From sequence record DRR723986_4861: 32,651 nucleotides of DNA; one strand, written 5' to 3'. A program made the position numbers and the translations under genes. Positions 18,575-26,383 of the stretch are shown one piece after another. The notes beneath the pieces were generated by a model. It was not told the origin of the DNA, did no database searches, and saw only the letters and a list, made by a program, of their open reading frames with translations. Each line of letters opens with the position of its first letter. The first letter of the stretch is position 1.

Positions 18575-19789
18575 CTAGATATTTTGTACCTTGCTCAGTG
18601 CCGCCACCCCTTTGTCAAAAACCTCTTCACTTGAGCATAAAATAAAGCGCATACAATCTGACGATGAAGGGCCATATACATGGCCTGGCATGGCAACAAT
18701 TTTCTGTTCAGATAACAAATAGTCTGCAGCTTTAGCCCCTGCGCCTTCACCTTGAACTGGCGTCGGCAAATTGGCCGCAAGGCCTAATGCGCTGGGAAAG
18801 GCAAACATGCCGCCTTGGGGCACTCTGGGCCATGAAAAGCCTTTGTTCGGGGTCATAACATCCGCCAAAATATTCGCCCGCTTTTGCAACATGGCCGCAA
18901 TGTCGTCCATCCATGGGTCTGCGGCCACATCTGAAATCATCCGCAAGGCAAACCGTTCGGCAAAGCTATTTACCCCTAAATACATAAAGTCATGCAGTTT
19001 TGCCGCCAGATCGATAACTGCCGGCGGCGCGCATAGCCAACCAATACGCAGGCCAGGTACGCCGTATTTTTTTGAAAAACTATTGATGAGAATTGAGCGG
19101 TTCTCCAGGCCCGCGACACACCGTGCAGGAATGTGCGGCCGGGCAAACGCCATACTGTCATAGACCTCATCATGAATAACCCACATGTCATTTTCCGTAG
19201 CAACGGCTGCAAGTGCATTGAAGTCAACTTGGCTGGCAACATAGCCGCTGGGGTTTTCTGGAGAATTTACAATCAATGCCCGTGCCGTTTTAGCGGCTTC
19301 AGATAGCGCACCCAGGCCTGCATATTCATGAATGCCGCATTGGCGCGGCAAACAAACCGGGTTACGGCCCAGTGTGCGAATCGCACGCTGATAAAGCATA
19401 TAGGTGGGGTCCGTGATCAGAATATCGTCCCCTGTTGAGCTGGTGACAAGCGCCGCCAAGCCAATAGCTTCCACACCGCCGTGGGTGATGAGAATTTCAC
19501 GCTCGGGGTCAACCGTCAGGCCGTACCGGCGGTTATAATAGTCTGCTATCGCCGCCCTGAGCTCAAGCATACCGCGGCTTTGCTCGTATGATTTGCTGCA
19601 ACTCAGAAAAGCATCCCAGTTCAGGTCATGGTCTTCTATAGTTTTGCGCACACCCTCGTGCGGGCCAAAGTCAGGCTCCCCAAAAGCCAGATTAATAGCG
19701 CCTGGAATGTCACGCGCTTTTGCTGCGGTTGCTTTGGTGGCGTAACCATCAAGGTTAAGTAAGTCTTCACTTAAGGGAGGGGTGAGCAT
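18575..19789 (-). CDS. PLP-dependent aminotransferase, class I/II (aspartate aminotransferase superfamily)
   Basis: INLAFGEPDF, GMLELRAAIA, NSPENPSG, HDEVY, PLP-lysine motif SFSKKYGVPGLRIGW. GAGG RBS. Confidence 0.93.
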   Translation of the reverse strand: MLTPPLSEDLLNLDGYATKATAAKARDIPGAINLAFGEPDFGPHEGVRKTIEDHDLNWDAFLSCSKSYEQSRGMLELRAAIADYYNRRYGLTVDPEREILITHGGVEAIGLAALVTSSTGDDILITDPTYMLYQRAIRTLGRNPVCLPRQCGIHEYAGLGALSEAAKTARALIVNSPENPSGYVASQVDFNALAAVATENDMWVIHDEVYDSMAFARPHIPARCVAGLENRSILINSFSKKYGVPGLRIGWLCAPPAVIDLAAKLHDFMYLGVNSFAERFALRMISDVAADPWMDDIAAMLQKRANILADVMTPNKGFSWPRVPQGGMFAFPSALGLAANLPTPVQGEGAGAKAADYLLSEQKIVAMPGHVYGPSSSDCMRFILCSSEEVFDKGVAALSKVQNI

Positions 19790-19876
19790 TGGGGGTAACC
19801 TCGTTTCAAATCAGGCCATTTTTCGCGTGTGCCAGCGCAAACCATATTACAGGGCGATGGCTGTATAAATGTATAG

Positions 19877-19908
19877 TGTTTGTTTCTTTTACGCTGTTTG
19901 TTTCTTTT
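19877..19908. repeat. Perfect 14-bp direct repeat TGTTTGTTTCTTTT (18-bp period) in the divergent aminotransferase/pepM intergenic region
   Basis: Copies at 19877-19890 and 19895-19908. Confidence 0.8.
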
Positions 19909-20008
19909 GCAATGACATCATTAGCGTGACTGGGCTAGAAAGGTCACGCATAATTGCGCACGCAATATATAAGCAACGCTCAATAGACCAATTCATGGAT
20001 GATTCCTT

Positions 20009-20926
20009 TTGAATTTAAGACAAGAAAAAGTACCTGTCGCAACACCCGCTTCCAGCAAATTGCGGGCGCTTATGTGCGAACCCGATATGTCCTTCATTAT
20101 GGAGGCACACAATGCTTTGGCGGCCCAATTGGCAGAGCGCGCGGGGTTTAAAGCTATTTGGGCGTCTAGCCTAACCCTTTCCGCATCCATGGGTTTGCGG
20201 GACGCCAATGAATTGACTTGGAATGAAGTGCTGGATTTGGTTGAGCCCATTGTGGACTTTGTTGACACGCCTGTTCTGTTGGACGCGGACAGTGGTTATG
20301 GGGACTTTAATATTTTCAGCCGCTTTGTGCGGAAAGCTGAAACACGAGGCATTGCAGGTGTTTGCATTGAAGACAAAGAGTTTCCCAAGCGAAATTCTTT
20401 TGCCAAAACCAGACACGCTTTGACAGACATTGATGATTTCACCGCAAAAATTCGGGCGGCAAAAGATGCGCTAACTGACCCGGACTTTTGCATCGTTGCC
20501 AGAACAGAGGCCTTTGTTGCCGGCGCGGGCCTGGAGGAAGCACTAGAACGGGCGGCATGTTATGAGCGCGCAGGCGCAGACGCGCTTTTCGTTCACTCAA
20601 AACAGTCAACAGCCATTGAAATTGAAGCCTTTACCCAAAAGTGGCAGGGATCAATTCCGCTGGTTATTGCCCCGACAACCTATTCGCAAACCCCCGCAGA
20701 GGCCTTCAATGGCATGGGCATCTCCGCTATAATTTGGGCGAACCACGGTTTGCGCGCAGCGGTGCGGGCCATGGAAACAGCTTACCAGCATATTCATGAA
20801 GCCAGGTCTGTTGCTGGGCTTGAGGCAAGCATTTCTTCGGTGGAAGACCTATTGTCCCTGACTAAAACCGAAGAACTTTTGAAAACAGAACAAAAATATG
20901 CGCCGCCCGCCCCTGAAACTGCGTAA
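20009..20926 (+). CDS. pepM: Phosphoenolpyruvate phosphomutase (PepM/AepX)
   Basis: Diagnostic EDK-x5-NS motif (EDKEFPKRNS), plus MEAHN, DADSGYG, ARTEA and IWANH. Directly upstream of ppd. TTG start uncertain. Confidence 0.95.
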   Translation: MNLRQEKVPVATPASSKLRALMCEPDMSFIMEAHNALAAQLAERAGFKAIWASSLTLSASMGLRDANELTWNEVLDLVEPIVDFVDTPVLLDADSGYGDFNIFSRFVRKAETRGIAGVCIEDKEFPKRNSFAKTRHALTDIDDFTAKIRAAKDALTDPDFCIVARTEAFVAGAGLEEALERAACYERAGADALFVHSKQSTAIEIEAFTQKWQGSIPLVIAPTTYSQTPAEAFNGMGISAIIWANHGLRAAVRAMETAYQHIHEARSVAGLEASISSVEDLLSLTKTEELLKTEQKYAPPAPETA

Positions 20927-20932
20927 CACCCT

Positions 20933-22141
20933 ATGTTGGACCCTCACGAATTTATCTCCGCACTAGACAACCACGGCATCTCTTTTTATGCCGGTGTGCC
21001 TTGTTCATTTTTAAAAGAGCCCATGAGCATTCTGGCCAGCCGTCCAAGTTATGTGGGTGCCGCCATTGAAACCGACGCCGCAGCGCTATGTGCCGGGGCA
21101 TGGCTCGCAGGTGAAAAAACCGCCGTTTTCTGCCAAAATTCCGGGCTGGGCAATTTAATAAGCCCCTTAAGCTCCCTGAACGCACCTTTTAAAATTCCAA
21201 CGCTTATGGTGATCGGTTGGCGTGGCAAGCCGGGCAATATTGACGAACCCCAACACAGACTAATGGGCGCGGTGACCCAGCAAATGTTGGCGCAAATGGG
21301 GGTTGAAGCTTTTGAGCTGCCAACAACCCGCGCCGAAGCAATAGAAACAATTGATCAAGCCATGACGGCTTTGAATGGGCAGAAAAAGTCTGCGGCGTTG
21401 CTAGTGGGACCGAAAACATTTGCCTCTGGCACAATGGGTTTTGACGTCAACGTTTCAAAAAGTCAGAGCAAAAACCCGGAAAATTATGAGAAAACTCCTA
21501 ATAATTCTCATGAAACTCAGGGAAATTGTGAAAAAAAACCCGAGAATCTTATAAATACCGCCCAAATGCCAACGCGCCATGAACTTTTAAAGGCAATTTT
21601 AAAACACACACCAAACAACGCAGCGATCATTGCCACTACCGGCAAATGTGGCCGAGAGTTGTGTGCCATTGAAGACAGAAAGCAACATTTTTACATGGTC
21701 GGCTCCATGGGATCAGCCAGTGCCATCGGGCTGGGGGCCGCACTTAATACCGAACGGCCAATTCTTGTTTTAGACGGGGACGGAGCGGCGCTTATGCGCT
21801 TGGGAACCATGGCAACAATCGGTCGAATACAGCCGTCAAATCTGGTTCATATGATCATCGATAACCAAGCGCATGATTCTACTGGCGGTCAGCCAACAGG
21901 CTCTGAGTGCATCAACTTTTCTGCCGTAGCCAGCGCCTGTGGTTACCTATCAGTTGCAAACTGCAACAACATACAAACCGCTATGAAAGCTCTTGAGCGC
22001 TGCCTTTTATCTGCGGGTCCGCATTTGGTGCATATTCGCATTAAACCTGGCTCTGCCTCTAACCTTGGCAGGCCAACGGTGTCACCGGCTGAGGTTGCTG
22101 AGCGGTTTCGTGCATTTCTAACCAGCCCCCTTTCCGCGTAA
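20933..22141 (+). CDS. ppd: Phosphonopyruvate decarboxylase (Ppd/AepY), TPP-dependent
   Basis: GVPCSFL, QNSGLGN, WRG-x-PG-x2-DEPQH-x2-MG, FYMVGSMG, TPP motif DGDGAALM, NQAHDSTGGQPT. Starts 6 nt after pepM. Confidence 0.95.
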   Translation: MLDPHEFISALDNHGISFYAGVPCSFLKEPMSILASRPSYVGAAIETDAAALCAGAWLAGEKTAVFCQNSGLGNLISPLSSLNAPFKIPTLMVIGWRGKPGNIDEPQHRLMGAVTQQMLAQMGVEAFELPTTRAEAIETIDQAMTALNGQKKSAALLVGPKTFASGTMGFDVNVSKSQSKNPENYEKTPNNSHETQGNCEKKPENLINTAQMPTRHELLKAILKHTPNNAAIIATTGKCGRELCAIEDRKQHFYMVGSMGSASAIGLGAALNTERPILVLDGDGAALMRLGTMATIGRIQPSNLVHMIIDNQAHDSTGGQPTGSECINFSAVASACGYLSVANCNNIQTAMKALERCLLSAGPHLVHIRIKPGSASNLGRPTVSPAEVAERFRAFLTSPLSA

Positions 22142-22159
22142 GCAAAACTTTGGTCTTTG

Positions 22160-22214
22160 GGCTTGTTGTCCAGGCTTTGATGTCTGGGCTTTGATATCTG
22201 GGGTTTGGTGTTTT
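22160..22214. repeat. Degenerate ~14-bp tandem repeat immediately downstream of ppd
   Basis: GGCTTGTTGTCCA / GGCTTTGATGTCTG / GGCTTTGATATCTG / GGGTTTGGTGTTTT. Confidence 0.7.
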
Positions 22215-22319
22215 GTCCCGGCTATCCGTGCGTTTGGTCGCATAGCACTTGCCCAACCGCACCGCCGGTGCAACCGTGGCTCCCAGGGGTGCAGGTTTAC
22301 CTTAGGGGAGTTAAATTTA

Positions 22320-23078
22320 ATGCACAAACTACTGGCGCTTGCCTTCATTACCTGGGCTGCTTTGAGCACAAGCGCGTTAGCGCAAAACGGCACCCTCTCA
22401 AGCAACAAGCGCATCGAAAGCGAAGCCCTTGGCTATGCCCTGCAATACCGGGTTTACACCCCGGCAGGCGTTGAAAACCTGCAAAATCTGCCCACAATTT
22501 ATGTTACCGACGGCCAATGGTACATCGACAATGGCCGCATGGTGAAAGTCTTAAACCGCGAAATTAAGAAAGGCCGAATCAAGCCGATAATTGTGGTTTT
22601 TGTTGATAATCGTGACCCGGATAATCTGCGCAATAATCGCAGAAACAGTCAGTTTTTTTGCAATATAGATTACGCCAAATTTTATGCTCGTGACCTTGTA
22701 CCAACGATCACGGACCAATATCCGGTTAGCCTCAAAAGGGAAGAAAGGGTGATCCTTGGCTTGTCTTTTGGCGGGCTAAATGCGGCTTGTTTTGGTCTAA
22801 CCTTACATCCGCTGTTCGGCGGCGTAGCCATGCAGTCACCCGCCATACACCCCGTGCCGAACATTGTACCACTGTATGAAAGTGAAGAAAAACGGCCGAT
22901 CAAGATATTCTTCAGCATCGGCCGCAAAAACGACAACACAGCCGTTGGCAGGCGTTTTAAGGATGTACTAGAGAAGAAGGGCTACGAAATGCTGTATAAA
23001 GAGGTGCCATACGGCCACAATTGGCAAAACTGGAAACCACTTCTGGATGATGTGCTGGTTTACTTCTTTAAACCTTAA
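22320..23078 (+). CDS. Secreted esterase, alpha/beta hydrolase (Fes/enterochelin esterase-like)
   Basis: ATG 22320 after GGGGAG, signal peptide ending ALA, YRVYTP, YVTDG, nucleophile GLSFGG, GHNWQNW. The longer 22191 start in the track runs through the repeat region and is unlikely. Confidence 0.88.
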   Translation: MHKLLALAFITWAALSTSALAQNGTLSSNKRIESEALGYALQYRVYTPAGVENLQNLPTIYVTDGQWYIDNGRMVKVLNREIKKGRIKPIIVVFVDNRDPDNLRNNRRNSQFFCNIDYAKFYARDLVPTITDQYPVSLKREERVILGLSFGGLNAACFGLTLHPLFGGVAMQSPAIHPVPNIVPLYESEEKRPIKIFFSIGRKNDNTAVGRRFKDVLEKKGYEMLYKEVPYGHNWQNWKPLLDDVLVYFFKP

Positions 23079-23120
23079 ACAAACAAATATCCGTCATTAG
23101 AAGCAACACACAATCAGTCG

Positions 23121-23480
23121 CTACTCCAAGTGGGCCGAGAGAGCTGCTTTAGTTGCTTTCAGCATTTTTAGGAACTTTCTTGCCTGCGCCATACGGTCTT
23201 CAATTTCCGCTATTTTCTGTTGTAAAAACTGGTCCGCATCAAAAAAGTCTGTCGACGGGCCTTCTATCCGTTCGATCAACTGGGCAAATTCAGCAATAGA
23301 AAAACCTGCACTTTGCGCCTGTTTAATCATGGCGAGTCGCTCCAGCGTTTCTTCTGGGTAATCTCGGTATTTGTTTGTGTCACCTTCGCTGGGGGCAGAC
23401 TGGATCAATCTGTTGCGCTCATAAAACCTCACAGTATCAGGCCCTATGCCAGATTGTTTTACCAATTCTCCAATACGCAC
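23121..23480 (-). CDS. MerR family transcriptional regulator (short, Cys-free)
   Basis: MRIGELVKQSGI-x2-DTVRFYE, YRDY, AGFSIAE, C-terminal coiled coil. Confidence 0.92.
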   Translation of the reverse strand: MRIGELVKQSGIGPDTVRFYERNRLIQSAPSEGDTNKYRDYPEETLERLAMIKQAQSAGFSIAEFAQLIERIEGPSTDFFDADQFLQQKIAEIEDRMAQARKFLKMLKATKAALSAHLE

Positions 23481-23501
23481 GAATGCTCACCTGTTTTACA
23501 A

Positions 23502-23526
23502 ACCATTGACAATGGTCCATTGTTAA
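23502..23526. promoter_or_regulatory. Overlapping palindromes around a perfect TTGACA, candidate MerR operator
   Basis: ACCATTG-A-CAATGGT (23502-23516) and TTGACAATGG-T-CCATTGTTAA (23506-23526, one mismatch) in the merR/zinc-ribbon divergent gap. Confidence 0.55.
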
Positions 23527-23598
23527 CATAACGATAATAAAAATCAACCACGGTGGTTGGCAAAAAAAGCGCCGGGTAGATTTATCGGGAGAACGATA

Positions 23599-23877
23599 AT
23601 GGCTAACATTTGCCAAAGCTGCGGCATGCCCCTCAATAAAGACCCGCAAGGTGGTGGAACAAACGAAGACGGCACCAAAAGCGACACCTTTTGCTCGCTT
23701 TGTTATCATGACGGGGCCTTTATCCACCCAAACTTCAGTGTATCTGAAATGCAGGAACATTGTATCGAACAATTAAAAGCAAAAGGAATGCCCACCTTTA
23801 TGGGCTGGTTATTTACCCGCGGTATTCCTAACCTTGGTCGGTGGAAAACCAATGTGCCCAACGAAACCCGACATTAA
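23599..23877 (+). CDS. Zinc-ribbon domain protein (Zn_ribbon_2-like)
   Basis: CQSCGMPL...GTNEDG...FCSLCY-x-DG and IPNLGRWK. ATG 23599 after GGGAG. Confidence 0.87.
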   Translation: MANICQSCGMPLNKDPQGGGTNEDGTKSDTFCSLCYHDGAFIHPNFSVSEMQEHCIEQLKAKGMPTFMGWLFTRGIPNLGRWKTNVPNETRH

Positions 23878-24493
23878 ATCTTTGCTTGCCAGCGCACAGG
23901 GGCGCCGCGACCAAGCACCCAATATTGAGCTGGCTGAGCATATTGTACAATCAAGTGACAAGGATGCAGTCGCAGCGCTTGCAGCCATCCTGGAAACTGA
24001 AGAGCAGGCAGCACAGCAGGATGCGATTAAGGTATTATACGAAATTGGTGAACGATCGCCGTCGTTGATTTTAAAACAGGTGCCAACGTTTATTGCCACC
24101 CTTAACAGCAAGAATAATCGCCTCGTATGGGGTGGGCTTACCGCCTTAGCTAAGCTTAGCAATTTAGCGCCAAACAAGATATTCCCGCATCTGGATAAAA
24201 TTCTACACGCCGCAGATACAGGGTCCGTAATCGCCAAAGATCAGGCCATCAACATTCTTGTTGGACTTGCTGGAACAGTAGCCCTTTACAATGAAATTAT
24301 ACCCATCACCATCAAGCGCCTCAAAACTAGTGCCGTTAATCAATTGCCAATGTATGCGGAGAAGGTTGCCCGCCTTCCATTGGCGCGGCCGCAAGTTGAT
24401 AAATTCATTCACGCCTTAGAAGGCCGCCTCGGCGAAACCATGAGTGCCACCAAGAAGAAACGCATCGAAAAAGTCATCAAATCACTTTCATAA
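23852..24493 (+). CDS. Hypothetical alpha-helical (HEAT/ARM-like) protein
   Basis: Helical pattern with LASAQGRRDQAPN, DAIKVLYEIG, SKNNRLVWGG, GSVIAKD, NQLPMYAE. Overlaps the zinc-ribbon gene by 26 nt; start approximate. Confidence 0.75.
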   Translation: MCPTKPDIKSLLASAQGRRDQAPNIELAEHIVQSSDKDAVAALAAILETEEQAAQQDAIKVLYEIGERSPSLILKQVPTFIATLNSKNNRLVWGGLTALAKLSNLAPNKIFPHLDKILHAADTGSVIAKDQAINILVGLAGTVALYNEIIPITIKRLKTSAVNQLPMYAEKVARLPLARPQVDKFIHALEGRLGETMSATKKKRIEKVIKSLS

Positions 24494-24497
24494 AGCG

Positions 24498-24520
24498 GCA
24501 GGGTTTTCGACCCACCCTGC
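24498..24520 (+). terminator. GC-rich hairpin after the helical-repeat gene, possible weak terminator
   Basis: GCAGGGT-N9-ACCCTGC, 4 nt after the stop codon. No clear U-tract. Confidence 0.35.
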
Positions 24521-24618
24521 AACTAATTATTGCGAAGTTTGCGTTTCTGCTCACAAGCCGTAAACTAATATAAAGACCATTACATCTTGTCAGATTCGTA
24601 TCCACAGGGGGAATACTC

Positions 24619-26358
24619 ATGACACTCAAACAAACGCTTTCAGCCATTGCCGGTGCTGCAGCCATTATCCTCGCGAGCTGCTCTTCTCAGGACCAAGCCG
24701 CAGACCAACCAGAAATGACAGCACCTGACCTGATCGTGATAAACGGCGATGTCTACACAAGCGACCCTGCGGCCGAGCGTGTGCAGGCCTTTGCCGTAAC
24801 AAACGGCAAGTTCAGCGCCGTTGGCACCAACGAAGAAATGCAAGCACTGGCCGGTGATGGCACACAGGTGGTTGATGCATCCGGCAACACGGTTACACCG
24901 GGCCTAATTGATGCCCACTCGCATGTCAGCGGAAACTCCCCCTATGTTGCCGGCGTTGACCTTGCCTATGTCGCCGACAAAGCCGAGTGGCTGAAAATGA
25001 TTGCCGAGGTGGACAAGCGGTTGCCGGAAGGCGAATGGCTTATCGGCGGCAGCTGGGACCACACCTTGTCAGACGGCGTTTACCCAACCAAACAAATGCT
25101 GGATGAGATTCTCCCTGACCGACCCGCTATGCTGCGCCATATTGATGGCCACTATTCTTGGGTAAACTCCAAGGCGCTGGAAATGGCGGGCGTAACCGCA
25201 GAAACCGAAGCGCCTCCCGGCGGTGAGGTTGTTGTTGACCCCGAAACCGGTGACACCACTGGCATCCTCCTTGAAGGGGCGCAAAATCTGGTTGGCAATA
25301 TTGTGCCTGACCGCAGCGACCAACAACGCCAGGAAGGCCTTGCCAAAATGTACCGGTATGCCAACAGTTTTGGTGTTACCGGCCTGCACCAAATGGGCGG
25401 CTTGGATGACTATCTCCACGTGGTAGAAAACGGCGACCCAACCATGCGCATTTGGTACGGCACCTGGAACCGCGGCGGAATTAACGAGTCTATCGAAACT
25501 GTTGTCGAAGAAATTGTTGCCAAAAAAGCAGAAGTTTCCACCCGGGTTGCAGCCACCGACAAGGAAAGTACGACAGGGCCACTTCTTGAGCTAGGGTTTG
25601 TTAAGCTTATCAATGACGGAGTTTTGTCGGCCCACACAGCCGTGCTTACCGAAGCCTACAGCGACCGCGAAGGCTGGAAGGGCGAATATATTGCCAGCCC
25701 TGAAAAGCTGAAAAACCAAGTTGAAGTGATCACTGCGGCGGGGCTGCCGGTAGCGGTTCATTCCATCGGCGATGCAGCTGTAAAAGCAACATTAGATGCC
25801 TTCGAGGCAGCATTAGACAACCCCGTACCGTACCCGAACCGGGTTGAACATATTGAAATTGTGCATGATGAAGACATCCAGCGCTTTAAGGAGCTAGGGG
25901 TCGTGGCCTCCATGCAGCCCAATCATGCGACAAATTCTATTGTTTATGTGCCTGTGCGGGTCGGCGAGCATAGAACCCGGCGTGCCTATGTGTGGAAGTC
26001 CATGCTTGATGCGGGCGTGCCTGTGGTGTTCGGCGCAGACTATGCCACGTCGCCGCTTAGCCCGCTGGTACAAATTGCAGATGCTGTGTTCCGCGTAAGC
26101 CCGTTTGGCTTTAATGACGGCGAACCCTTTCACCCGGAGCAGGCCGTCACCTTTGAAGAAGCTTTGATGGCCTATACACAGTCGGGCGCAAACATTACGC
26201 CGTGGAAAGATGAAATTGGCTCTATCACCGTGGGCAAATGGGCTGACTTTGTAATGCTTGACGGTACAGTGCCAGCACCCATGAATGAAGAGGTGTTCCG
26301 CAGCCTTGCGGTCGACACCACATATTTCGCTGGGCGCGCGGTTTACACCAAACCGTAA
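24619..26358 (+). CDS. Amidohydrolase (Amidohydro_3/YtcJ-like) lipoprotein
   Basis: Lipobox LASC, PGLIDAHSH, VKLINDG, HSIGD, RVEH, SMQPNH, FGAD, GSITVGKWADFV. Confidence 0.92.
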   Translation: MTLKQTLSAIAGAAAIILASCSSQDQAADQPEMTAPDLIVINGDVYTSDPAAERVQAFAVTNGKFSAVGTNEEMQALAGDGTQVVDASGNTVTPGLIDAHSHVSGNSPYVAGVDLAYVADKAEWLKMIAEVDKRLPEGEWLIGGSWDHTLSDGVYPTKQMLDEILPDRPAMLRHIDGHYSWVNSKALEMAGVTAETEAPPGGEVVVDPETGDTTGILLEGAQNLVGNIVPDRSDQQRQEGLAKMYRYANSFGVTGLHQMGGLDDYLHVVENGDPTMRIWYGTWNRGGINESIETVVEEIVAKKAEVSTRVAATDKESTTGPLLELGFVKLINDGVLSAHTAVLTEAYSDREGWKGEYIASPEKLKNQVEVITAAGLPVAVHSIGDAAVKATLDAFEAALDNPVPYPNRVEHIEIVHDEDIQRFKELGVVASMQPNHATNSIVYVPVRVGEHRTRRAYVWKSMLDAGVPVVFGADYATSPLSPLVQIADAVFRVSPFGFNDGEPFHPEQAVTFEEALMAYTQSGANITPWKDEIGSITVGKWADFVMLDGTVPAPMNEEVFRSLAVDTTYFAGRAVYTKP

Positions 26359-26383
26359 AGGCTACTGGCTAAAGGCTACTGGC
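26356..26383. repeat. Perfect 14-bp tandem duplication TAAAGGCTACTGGC x2 spanning two convergent stop codons
   Basis: Copies at 26356-26369 and 26370-26383. Confidence 0.9.

Noticed and set aside
19861-19876. CTGTATAAATGTATAG resembling an E. coli-type SOS box
   Set aside because: Mismatch in the conserved CAG half-site, and probably the wrong lineage for this motif.
20009-20926. Alternative call as isocitrate/methylisocitrate lyase or phosphonopyruvate hydrolase
   Set aside because: It has EDK-x5-NS rather than KKCGH/KRCGH, and is coupled to ppd.
22147-22214. Possible CRISPR-like array
   Set aside because: Units are short, adjacent and lack spacers, and there are no cas genes.
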